NCBI RefSeq assembly: GCF_026000115.1
Contig: NZ_AP026867.1
Span: forward strand, 2,585,716-2,649,715
From: Aureispira anguillae
GTDB taxonomy: Bacteria > Bacteroidota > Bacteroidia > Chitinophagales > Saprospiraceae
Length of the DNA stretch: 64,000 nucleotides
Direction of reading: 5' to 3'
Below the pieces are notes generated by a model. That model searched no databases, was not told where the DNA came from, and saw only the letters and a program-made list of their open reading frames with translations. Numbering within the stretch: position 1 is the first letter of the stretch; the number at the start of each line of letters is the position of its first letter. The position numbers and the translations under genes were made by a program. This document shows positions 30,142 to 38,645 of the stretch, piece by piece.

Positions 30142-31050
30142 TTAAGCTGATTTTAAATTTATTAGATATTTTTCTTCCAAAATCTCCTCACAGAAATTTT
30201 GGGAGGTTTTGGAAGGGGAATATCGGTCACAAGGACGTTCATCGTCAATCCCCATGTGTCTTCTTTCCCAGTTATATTTGTTAAAATACTTTTTCATTCC
30301 TGTATGCAATGCACTTCCATCCAAATACTCTCGAATATAAGCATCTTCGTATTTCACAGACCACCATAATCGTTCAATAAACACATTATCGATACAGCGC
30401 CCTTTTCCATCCATGCTAAATTTAATTCCATAATCTTTGGTAACACATTTGACAAATTCTTTTGATGTAAATTGACTTCCTTGATCCGTATTCAAAATCT
30501 CTGGCTTCCCATATCTTTCTATCCCTTCTTCTAATGTATTTTTGCACCATAGGGCATCCATCGTATTCGATATTGACCAAGACACTACAAATCGACTATA
30601 AAGGTCAATGACAGCAGTTAAATATAGAAAACCCTTTGGCATAGGAATATAAGTAATATCCATTGCCCAGACTTGGTTAGGTCGTTCTATTTTTAAGCCT
30701 CTCAGTAGATAAGGAAAAACTTGATGGTCTTCTCCTTTTCCTGGTTTTGACGTCTGTGGTCCTGGTAAAATGGATCGCAAGCCCATTACAGAATAATACA
30801 ATCGATTAATACGCTTTCGATTCACCTTAAAACCTTTATCCGCCGTCAACCATAAATGCATGGCACGAGCTCCTTTATAGGGATGCTTTAGGTAATGTTC
30901 ATCCATTAATCGCATCAACTCCATATTTAATTCGCTCTCTTCTTTTGGTTGATAATAAATACCAGAGCGATGAATACCTATCAACTTGCATTGACGGCGA
31001 ACACTCAAAATTGGGTGATTAGAATTAATATGTTGACGTTTCTCGGACAA
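30142..31050 (-). CDS. IS3-family transposase OrfB
   Basis: rve DDE core (WAMDITYIP, TDQGSQFTS, IERLWWSVKYE). Confidence 0.9.
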   Translation of the reverse strand: MSEKRQHINSNHPILSVRRQCKLIGIHRSGIYYQPKEESELNMELMRLMDEHYLKHPYKGARAMHLWLTADKGFKVNRKRINRLYYSVMGLRSILPGPQTSKPGKGEDHQVFPYLLRGLKIERPNQVWAMDITYIPMPKGFLYLTAVIDLYSRFVVSWSISNTMDALWCKNTLEEGIERYGKPEILNTDQGSQFTSKEFVKCVTKDYGIKFSMDGKGRCIDNVFIERLWWSVKYEDAYIREYLDGSALHTGMKKYFNKYNWERRHMGIDDERPCDRYSPSKTSQNFCEEILEEKYLINLKSA

Positions 31051-31055
31051 GGGCT

Positions 31056-31334
31056 TTATTTCAACACTTTTTTTAAAAAGTCATTCTCGACTTTTAGCTT
31101 ACCTATAGTCTGTAAAAGTTTGTCTTTTTCCTTCTCCTCCTCGGTCTGCTTAGAAGTTGGTTTTTCAAATATGTCTTCTGCTCCTTCCAAAAATTGTTTC
31201 TTCCAAGTACGAATTTGTGTTGGTGCAAGCTCATATTTTTGAGCTAACTCTGATAAAGTAGATTGCTCTTTTAGAGCCTCTAATACTACTTCTGTTTTGA
31301 ACTTTGCTGTGAATTTTCTTTTCTTCATAATCAC
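31056..31334 (-). CDS. IS3-family transposase OrfA
   Basis: HTH then leucine zipper (MKKRKFTAKFKTEVVLEALKEQSTLSELAQKYELAPTQIRTWKK). Confidence 0.9.
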   Translation of the reverse strand: MIMKKRKFTAKFKTEVVLEALKEQSTLSELAQKYELAPTQIRTWKKQFLEGAEDIFEKPTSKQTEEEKEKDKLLQTIGKLKVENDFLKKVLK

Positions 31335-31564
31335 TAATTTAAGCTTTTTTTCCGAACTTAACTAGTGGTCCTATTTTTGGGGTATACCGTAGTATCCTTT
31401 CCAATATTTTATTCCTCGATTGCTTCGATAAAAAAGTTGGCAACTATAAGAAAATAAGTCTTCAAAAAAACAAACCTTAATCTTTAAACGAGCTAAGGCT
31501 AATGCTGTCTTTGTTGGTGGGCATCTTGATCTAAATAGTCTTGAGTGGGAGATTAATTCAGCGT

Positions 31565-31759
31565 TTACACTTTTTTTAAAAGACCTAATATCAATCCTAC
31601 CGTTGTTGCAAAATCTAATTTGTGATGTCTTGTAAAATCTTGTTCTGGGCGAATCAAATAGGTCGCCCGTTTTTGGGCTGTTAAACTCGCTAAAATTATA
31701 AATAATTTTAGCCTCTTTAATTGTGCTGTTAAGCTTAGTAGTTTTTTGTCACGTTTCAT
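31565..31759 (-). pseudogene. N-terminal fragment of the IS4/IS5-superfamily transposase
   Basis: MKRDKKLLSLTAQLKRLKLF...; separated from the transposase body by a stop and by the IS3-B insertion. Confidence 0.55.
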
Positions 31760-31985
31760 CCTCTAAATATATGTTTTTTCTGACTACTTTCCTTAACTTT
31801 ATGGCAGTGAACAATGTGTATGCAGCAATACTAGATTTCGGGCTAAAGCTAAATATTCGTCTTTTGCCTAGCACCGCAAAATCGCAGATTTTGCTCTAAG
31901 GAATAGCTATATTTAAGTTCGCATAGCTTCTAGTTCTGTACATACACGCACGTTAGCTCTCATTAAAAAAAAGAAAAACCCAAAT

Positions 31986-33719
31986 ATGGCAAATACAAAA
32001 ATCAAAGCCTTTTTCAACAGTCGATACTTCGAGATTCCAAAATATCAAAGAGGATACGCTTGGGAAAAGAAGAATATTAGAGAATTGTTTGAAGATATTG
32101 AAGAAGCGATAGAGGTAAAAGCAAGTCACTATATTGGAACAATTGTTCTATCAAAAACGGAAAAAGGAGAAGATGTTTTTTATGTAGTTGACGGACAACA
32201 AAGAATTACAACAACTACAATGATAATCAATGAATTGGTTAAACATTTAGATGCGGACGATTCAAGTTTTTACAAAAGATTTTATATTAATCGAGGAGAA
32301 AGATTTAGATTATTACCATTGGGAAAAGAAAAAGACTTTTTTAAAGAGTTACTAACTAATGGTGAATCTGATTTGATACCCGTAAATAGAAGCCAACGAC
32401 TTCTGATTGAAGCTTACCAAGAAATTCAAGGAAAAGTTTCGCAAATTGTTAAAGAGAAAAGCGCCTTAGATTATCTCGAACAAATAGAAAATTTGCAGAT
32501 AATGGAATTTGTTGAAGATAGCGAAGGTGATGCAATACGAATTTTTCAAACTGTCAACGATAGAGGAAAACCGTTGACAAATATGGAGAAAGCAAAAAGT
32601 CTTTTAGTATATTTTTCAAATCGGTATTTGGTAAGAAAACTTGATAAAGATATTAATGACAAGTTTGGGCAGATGTTTGAAATATATGACCAAATAAAGC
32701 ATGTAGGAACAAAAAATAGTATTGATTTGATTTCAGGGAGATACGGAGAGTTCAATGAAGACAATATAATGCGATACCATTTTGTAACTTTCAGTAATGA
32801 AGATTACGACCCAACAGCAAGTTATGTACTGGGCTTTCTAAAAAGGAAACTTAAAGAGTTCCGAAAAAGCAAAACATCAAAAGAGCAAATAGAGAACTTC
32901 ATCAACTCTTATGTGAATAGTTTACTATCATTTTTTACCTGCCTCAATAAGTTGGTTCAAAAGACGGAAATTAATGAAAAGTACTTTAAAATATTTTCGA
33001 TTTTAGGCTTATCTGCAACCTTATATCCTGTAATTGCAAAATTTGAAGAATTCGGGATTCTCGACACTTCACTTGAAGGAGAAGAACTTGAATCTTATAA
33101 TTTTCTTGATTTAATTGAATTGATTGATGTTAGAGTTTATAAGGTAAGAGGAACTGACCCCAAAGCAGATATTGGCAGGTTTTCATATCAAATAGCCAAT
33201 GAAAAATGGGATAATGCAGATATGGAAAACTGGTTAGTTTGGTTCAACGAGCGTTGGATGCCAGAAGATGAATTTAGAAATAATTTGTACAGCTCAATTT
33301 ATAAAAGAAGTCGAGCTGTATTACCACATATACTTTTAGATTATTCAGAAACTATAAGTGATACTAAATTGACTATCGAAGAATTAAAAGATTTTGTAAA
33401 GAAGAAGGCTTTTAGCATTGAGCATATTTTATCACAGAAACCGAAGTTTACTTTAAAAACACATGGGTTTAAAAGTACGGAAGAATATCTTGAATTTGAG
33501 CATACAATTGGAAACCTAACTTTGCTTGAAAAGTCATTAAATAGTAGTGTCAATAACAAAAATGTTTATGACAAGATAGATTATTATGATAGAAGTATTT
33601 TCAGAATTACCAAAGAGTTGGCAACCGAAATAACTCATAACAATCAATTCAAAAAAGAAGATATTGAAAATCGTACAGAGAAAATGGTTGAATTTCTAAT
33701 TGAAAAATGGTGGTGTTAA
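31986..33719 (+). CDS. GmrSD-like type IV restriction enzyme (DUF262 + DUF1524)
   Basis: N-terminal DUF262 hallmark YVVDGQQRITT; C-terminal DUF1524/HNH-like FSIEHILSQ ... GNLTLLEKSLNSSVNNKN. Confidence 0.7.
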   Translation: MANTKIKAFFNSRYFEIPKYQRGYAWEKKNIRELFEDIEEAIEVKASHYIGTIVLSKTEKGEDVFYVVDGQQRITTTTMIINELVKHLDADDSSFYKRFYINRGERFRLLPLGKEKDFFKELLTNGESDLIPVNRSQRLLIEAYQEIQGKVSQIVKEKSALDYLEQIENLQIMEFVEDSEGDAIRIFQTVNDRGKPLTNMEKAKSLLVYFSNRYLVRKLDKDINDKFGQMFEIYDQIKHVGTKNSIDLISGRYGEFNEDNIMRYHFVTFSNEDYDPTASYVLGFLKRKLKEFRKSKTSKEQIENFINSYVNSLLSFFTCLNKLVQKTEINEKYFKIFSILGLSATLYPVIAKFEEFGILDTSLEGEELESYNFLDLIELIDVRVYKVRGTDPKADIGRFSYQIANEKWDNADMENWLVWFNERWMPEDEFRNNLYSSIYKRSRAVLPHILLDYSETISDTKLTIEELKDFVKKKAFSIEHILSQKPKFTLKTHGFKSTEEYLEFEHTIGNLTLLEKSLNSSVNNKNVYDKIDYYDRSIFRITKELATEITHNNQFKKEDIENRTEKMVEFLIEKWWC

Positions 33720-33729
33720 AATTGAAAAA

Positions 33730-33748
33730 GAAAACGAGACCGTTAGCT
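33730..33748 (+). other. possible degenerate attC remnant (core half only)
   Basis: aaacgagacCGTTAGCTggcat matches the 3' ends of other attC-like sites (cf. 13935-13950). Confidence 0.25.
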
Positions 33749-33769
33749 GGCATATAAAAAACGACACGA

Positions 33770-34315
33770 ATGAATCTAAATGAACTAAATACGACAGAAT
33801 TAATTCAAGCGTATTCTGGAATAATTAAACAGTTAAAAAAACGCAAAGTTATTCGGACTAAAAATCTCTTAGGTGATTTAGGAGAATATTTGGCGATAGA
33901 ACATTTTAATAAAACTGCTGGAATGTCAAATCTTCAAGCTGCTCCAGCAGGAACTCAAAAGATTGATGCAATTAGTAGAAACGGAGACCGATATAGTATT
34001 AAATCTACAACTGGAAATTTAACAGGAGTATTTTACGGACTTGAACCACCAAATTCCGAGAATATTGACAGGCAAAAATTTGAATATGTTCTAATCGTCA
34101 AATTTGACAATGACTATCAACTTGAAAAAATAATTCAACTTGACTGGAATTTGTTTCATAAATATAAACGTTGGCACAAAACAATGAATGCTTGGAATAT
34201 ATCTATTACAAAATCATTGACAGACGAAGCAAAAGTGCTTTACGAAAGAATACCCGAAAAGGCTTACGACATATCTGAAATTAGAAAAACTCACAAACAA
34301 GCATATGAACCCTAG
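33770..34315 (+). CDS. hypothetical protein (181 aa)
   Basis: ORF between GmrSD-like gene and attC. Confidence 0.4.
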   Translation: MNLNELNTTELIQAYSGIIKQLKKRKVIRTKNLLGDLGEYLAIEHFNKTAGMSNLQAAPAGTQKIDAISRNGDRYSIKSTTGNLTGVFYGLEPPNSENIDRQKFEYVLIVKFDNDYQLEKIIQLDWNLFHKYKRWHKTMNAWNISITKSLTDEAKVLYERIPEKAYDISEIRKTHKQAYEP

Positions 34316-34454
34316 ACAGAAGAAGCTGACGAAAAGCTAGAGTTGCTATCTTGTGAAGGCAAAAACATAAAAGAGATGAGTGAGATTTTTGGGAGAAATG
34401 AAGGAGCAATCCGTTCTCGCATAAAAAAGCTCGAACTAAAAGAAAAATACGCCA

Positions 34455-34519
34455 GCTAACAACATGTATAAGTAATGCTCGCTCAACCGCTCGCACTACT
34501 CATACACTCACCGTTAGGC
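34455..34519 (+). other. attC-like site (short class; near-canonical cores)
   Basis: GCTAACAACATGTATAAgtaatgctcgctcaaccgctcgcactactcatacactcacCGTTAGGCaccatt. Confidence 0.65.
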
Positions 34520-34528
34520 ACCATTCAC

Positions 34529-34861
34529 TTAATTAGGGGCTTTTAGGAGTAAAACAAAACATTAGTTTGAAATTATTTAACTTTATAAATAAGTGATATT
34601 TTTTTTAATTTATGGCAAGTATTATTGTTTCTTACTCATAACACTTACTTGGGGAACTCTAATTCGTACCCCGCTTTTAAAGGTTTTGCTTCAAAAGCGG
34701 GGTAATGGCTTCTTTAAGATTCAACAACAGATTATTTCTGATTGTGTGTAGGTATACCTATAAGCTCTTAACAGACTTATATTCAATACTTTTGTTGTAA
34801 AACAAGTATTAGAAGTGCCAAAACAAACACATTTGTTTTACTCCTGAATCTCCCTAATTAA
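34529..34861. repeat. MITE-like element bounded by 30-bp terminal inverted repeats
   Basis: ttaattaggggcttttaggagtaaaacaaa at 34529-34558 and reverse complement of tttgttttactcctgaatctccctaattaa at 34832-34861; internal hairpin ccccgctttt...aaaagcgggg; related solo end at 61967-62000. Confidence 0.4.
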
Positions 34862-34957
34862 AGCTGGAGTTTTCTTCTTATTGGGAACGAATTGTAAATG
34901 TATAATTCATTTAGCATACCTTTGTAAAAGATAATTATTCATTGTTAAATTTACTCA

Positions 34958-35422
34958 TTGATGCCCAAAAAAAATACTAATTCAAAACCTAAACAAGAGA
35001 AAGGAATATTATTGATTTTAATTCTACTTGTCATTTTTGCTAGTGCCTCATTTTGGGAAGCATTAAAGTTAAGTCCAAGAATAAAAACTAAACAGGATTT
35101 AGCAGATTATTATGGCATTACTAGAAAAACATTGAATAAATGGATAACTCATTTCACTACAATCAATTTAGAAGAGTTTAAAAAGATTCGAAAAATTACT
35201 TTTTCAGATTTATCTCAAATATTAAATCAACTAGGGCGTGTAAAAGAAAATTCTCAACCTCTCTCGAAGAAGGAAATAAAAAAACGATGTGAGACATCTG
35301 ACAGGGTACTTAGAGAAAATATTTCTGAAAAATATTGTGGCATATCCCTAGAAACATATAAACAAGTAAACATTTTTCCACCAAATATTTCAAAGAAAAT
35401 TCTTTCTCATATTGGTGTATAA
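34958..35422 (+). CDS. membrane-anchored putative HTH protein
   Basis: N-terminal TM; LADYYGITRKTLNKWI helix-turn-helix-like segment. Confidence 0.3.
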   Translation: MMPKKNTNSKPKQEKGILLILILLVIFASASFWEALKLSPRIKTKQDLADYYGITRKTLNKWITHFTTINLEEFKKIRKITFSDLSQILNQLGRVKENSQPLSKKEIKKRCETSDRVLRENISEKYCGISLETYKQVNIFPPNISKKILSHIGV

Positions 35423-35478
35423 AGCTAATATTAAACTAAAGATTAAAATTTATTCATTAACACTAAACTTTTTAAAGT

Positions 35479-35898
35479 ATGAAAATTGACTTTACAAAAT
35501 TAAAAATTGGAGACCGACTTATTAGAGAAAAAGGTGGCATTTTTTCTAAACACCATGTACTCTATGCTGGGCGAGATTCAATTACAGGGAAACATATTAT
35601 AGCAGAAAATCAAAGAAATTATGGTGTGAGAATTATTTCTCTTGAGCAATTCCTTAAAGAAGGAAAATTAGTTCAAATTGACTATAATAATTTTTCTTAT
35701 CCCCAACAAACAAAAACTACTCTAAGAATAAAAACTCGTTTAGGGAAATCATATGACCTTTTGAAGTATAATTGTGAACAATTTGTAAATGATGTGCTTC
35801 ATGGCATTATAGAAAGTAAACAGGTTCAAAATGCATTGTTTGCTAGTTTTGGGGTATTAGTTCTCTTTATGGTTCTCTTACTCAGCAAACAGCACTAA
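35479..35898 (+). CDS. NlpC/P60-LRAT-like domain protein with C-terminal TM
   Basis: HHVLYAG (His box) and YNCEQFVNDVLHG (Cys box) spacing as in the LRAT/NlpC-P60 superfamily. Confidence 0.4.
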   Translation: MKIDFTKLKIGDRLIREKGGIFSKHHVLYAGRDSITGKHIIAENQRNYGVRIISLEQFLKEGKLVQIDYNNFSYPQQTKTTLRIKTRLGKSYDLLKYNCEQFVNDVLHGIIESKQVQNALFASFGVLVLFMVLLLSKQH

Positions 35899-35911
35899 AA
35901 AATAAAACAAT

Positions 35912-36692
35912 GCCTAATAATGTGTCAATTCCATAAAGTTAAGAGTAAAAGCTGGTCTGTAATTTGCAGAAAATCTGTTTCTAAAGCTGTCACATTTCAG
36001 GCAGGAACAATTTTAGAAGGTGCATACCAAATTTGCTATCTATAGGGATAGCACATTCCTGAGCTCTAAAATCACATATTTTCTTCCGTATCAGGCACTC
36101 GAATTCCAGTTCCATCAATCGCCAATAGTTGGTATCCTTTCCAATATTTTATCCCTCGATTGCTTCGATAAAAAAGTTGGCAACTATAAGAAAATAAGTC
36201 TTCAAAAAAACAAACCTTAATCTTTGAACGAGCTAAGGATAATGCTGTCTTTGTTGGTGGGCATCTTGATCTAAACAGTCTTGAGTGGGAGATTAATTCA
36301 GCGTTTACACTTTTTTTAAAAGACCTATATCAATCCTACCGTTGTTGCAAAATCTAATTTGCGATGTCTTGTAAAATCTTGTTCTGGGCGAATCAAATAG
36401 GTCGCCCGTTTTTGGGCTGTTAAGCTTAGTAGTTTTTTGTCACGTTTCATCCTCTAAATATATGTTTTTTCTGACTACTTCCCTTAACTTTATGGCAGTG
36501 AACAATATGCATATGGTCATGGGGAGTATACAGAACCGCCTAACAGCATCCTCTGCCCCAGAAGTCACAAAATCACAGATTTTGCTAGTGCCTGAAGCTA
36601 AATTACTATCAAAATCTGCGATTTTGCTTGGGGAATAGCTATATTTAGTATCGCATATCTTGTGGCACAGGCATATACACAAACCGTTATGG
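35912..36692 (+). other. attC-like site disrupted by IS4-like deletion derivative
   Basis: GCCTAATAA at 35912-35920; remainder at 36506-36692 (tatgcatatgg ... caaaatcacagattttgctagt ... atcaaaatctgcgattttgc ... gcatatacacaaacCGTTATGGgcaag). Confidence 0.55.
35921..36505 (-). mobile_element. IS4/IS5-superfamily element, internal-deletion derivative (585 bp)
   Basis: same two ends as the full copy; junction ...ttcttccgtatcag|gcactcgaattcc joins the left end to the transposase 5' region. Confidence 0.6.
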
Positions 36693-36775
36693 GCAAGTGG
36701 AATATGACTGGAAATATTCAATCACTTTGAACCTTATGGCAAGAACTGAGTAATACTGGATAAACAATATATTTT

Positions 36776-37276
36776 ATGAGCCTGTCTTTTTATTCAATTT
36801 TGATTTTTTCCATTTTTTGTTTCTCATATTCCATCGATTCAAATTCCTGCGGTGGTGAGTTAAGTGAGAGTTTTGTACAAGACGATTCGCAGAGCTTCGG
36901 TATTAATTTTGAGAACGATACAATTATTGATGAAGCAATGGATGCTCTCAATACAATTCAAATAACTGGAGATGGTGGAATGAAGCTTTATCTAACTTTT
37001 CCTAACATTCACCATAATGAATGTCAAGGAGTAGTGCGTATATCTGAAATTTCACAAGAAGAATTCCGTGACGCCCTTCTTGAGGTAATGGCTGAGAATA
37101 ACCTTACACTGACAGAACATGAGAGATCTAAGATTGCGGCTACTGCTTCGAAGCCAAGGGGCATATACACGGTAAAAACTTGTGGCTCAACAACCGAAGG
37201 TGAAACTCCTCGGCGCAAAGGCACTTGGATAATCATGGCTATTTTTGGTAGAAGTGACCTCCTGATCAATTGGTAA
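36776..37276 (+). CDS. secreted hypothetical protein
   Basis: signal peptide MSLSFYSILIFSIFCFSYS. Confidence 0.5.
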   Translation: MSLSFYSILIFSIFCFSYSIDSNSCGGELSESFVQDDSQSFGINFENDTIIDEAMDALNTIQITGDGGMKLYLTFPNIHHNECQGVVRISEISQEEFRDALLEVMAENNLTLTEHERSKIAATASKPRGIYTVKTCGSTTEGETPRRKGTWIIMAIFGRSDLLINW

Positions 37277-37283
37277 ACCAGCC

Positions 37284-37412
37284 TATAACAACGGCTAAAA
37301 AGCATACGGGTATATGCTGCGTTTCATTAATTATAGTTGGAAAACTATACCTAACTTTAAAAGAAAATCTTGGTTGAAAGTCCGTACGACTTCCTAGCCT
37401 TGAACGTTATCA
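37284..37412 (+). other. attC-like site (intermediate length)
   Basis: CTATAACAACGGC 7 bp after stop ... gcatacgggtatatgc ... tgaaCGTTATCAgtc. Confidence 0.4.
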
Positions 37413-37440
37413 GTCATTAAATTCACCTCCTTACACTTAC

Positions 37441-38430
37441 ATGGATTACAAGAAAAAACTTAGTGAATTAATTGATTCAGGAATAGAGTCAAATGTTAAG
37501 CTTGCTATTCAGCTAAGTAAATCGACAAATACTCCATTAAATGTAAACGAATATGAGGAAATTTTTAATTGGATTTTAGAGTATGGAGAATATGACACAA
37601 TCGAACCAACAACTCGACTTGAAACAAAAATAATTCGATTAATATCTCTAACAAAACTCTGGTGGTCAGTGAAAAATACTACCAAAATACCTGCTAGTAT
37701 TAGAAAAATAAAAAACTTGGAAGTACTACAGCTCTCGGGCTCTAGGCTAAAAACACTTCCTGAGTCATTTGGCGAACTCTCCAATTTAGAATCGATACTT
37801 CTAAATGGAAATCAAATAAAATCATTACCTAAAAGTTTCATTAAATTGTCTAATCTCGAAGAACTTGTACTTAGCTCAAATCAATTAGAAAATTTACCTC
37901 AAAATTGGGCGCAGCTAAAAAAGCTAAAGTCAATTAAAATGCAAAACAATAAGTTCAAAGAATTTCCGAGCGAATTTTTATCATTGCCCAGTTTAGAACT
38001 CTTAGATTTATCCAACAACCCAATTGAGCAATTATCAGATAAAATTTATAAACTATATCCGATTAAAAAATTACGACTAAGTCAAACAAAAATAAATTCG
38101 GTTCCAGCTTCTATTGGTGAACTAATAAATTTAGAGACATTAGATCTAAGCCAAAACTATATTTCTCATATTCCAGATTCGATATGTAATTTAAAAACTC
38201 TTGAAATATTAAACTTATTTAATAACAACCTAAACTCATTACCAGTAAGGTTTGAAAATCTAAATAAACTCCGTGTTCTAAATATAGCTGAAAATAACTT
38301 TGATAACCTACCTCCCCAAATATTCAAATTAAAAAACCTTGAAGTTTTGAATATTACAGGAAATAATATTCCACAACATCAAATCATTCGATTCAAAATA
38401 AAACAACCTAACTGTACTCTCAGAAAATAA
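37441..38430 (+). CDS. leucine-rich repeat (LRR) protein
   Basis: about 12 tandem LxxLxLxxNxL repeats (e.g. LEVLQLSGSRLKTLPESFGELSNLESILLNGNQIKSLP). Confidence 0.8.
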   Translation: MDYKKKLSELIDSGIESNVKLAIQLSKSTNTPLNVNEYEEIFNWILEYGEYDTIEPTTRLETKIIRLISLTKLWWSVKNTTKIPASIRKIKNLEVLQLSGSRLKTLPESFGELSNLESILLNGNQIKSLPKSFIKLSNLEELVLSSNQLENLPQNWAQLKKLKSIKMQNNKFKEFPSEFLSLPSLELLDLSNNPIEQLSDKIYKLYPIKKLRLSQTKINSVPASIGELINLETLDLSQNYISHIPDSICNLKTLEILNLFNNNLNSLPVRFENLNKLRVLNIAENNFDNLPPQIFKLKNLEVLNITGNNIPQHQIIRFKIKQPNCTLRK

Positions 38431-38437
38431 AACGACT

Positions 38438-38629
38438 GATAACAATCTGCAATAGCCATCCAGAGCACTATGTAACACCTAATTCAAGGGTTTTGTCCAA
38501 GCGCAAAATCACAGATTTTGCTAGTGCTTGAAGAAAAAATACTAGCAAAATCTATGCTTTTGCTCTAGGGTTGGTGCCATATTTCTTATCTTACTTCTCC
38601 CCCACATGCATATGCACAAACATTGTGGG
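38438..38629 (+). other. attC-like site (long class), core mutated to ATTGTGG
   Basis: GATAACAATCTGCAATAGCCATCCAGAGCAC (same head as 20078-20110) ... gcaaaatcacagattttgctagt ... actagcaaaatctatgcttttgc ... catatgcacaaacATTGTGGgtaat. Confidence 0.55.
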
Positions 38630-38645
38630 TAATAATAAAAAAACA

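Larger units (their letters stand above)
30106..31391 (-). mobile_element. IS3-family insertion sequence (type B), copy 1
   Basis: 100% identical ORFs to the copy at 45769-47046; ends TGAGGTGTACCCC...GGGGTATACCGTA; flanking GTAT duplication relative to the intact sequence at 36133-36145. Confidence 0.85.
28924..31814 (-). mobile_element. IS4/IS5-superfamily (DDE_Tnp_1) insertion sequence, full length (about 1.6 kb), inserted in attC and interrupted by IS3-B
   Basis: terminal inverted repeats CAATTCCATAAAGTTAAG / CTTAACTTTATGGCAGTGAACA; transposase on minus strand with the Y-x2-R-x3-E-x6-K signature (YSKRWGEETAFDELK). Confidence 0.65.
28915..31958 (+). other. attC-like site disrupted by full-length IS4-like element
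   Basis: canonical inverse core GCCTAACAA at 28915-28923; remainder at 31815-31958 (tgtgtatgc ... gcaaaatcgcagattttgc ... catacacgcacGTTAGCTctcat). Confidence 0.6.

Noticed and set aside
29651-30145. Plus-strand ORFs 29651..29875 and 29936..30145 inside the IS4-like element
   Set aside because: Antisense to the DDE transposase reading frame and low complexity.
36440-36721. Minus-strand 93-aa ORF
   Set aside because: Lies entirely within an attC-like site and IS remnant. Translation of palindromic repeat DNA.
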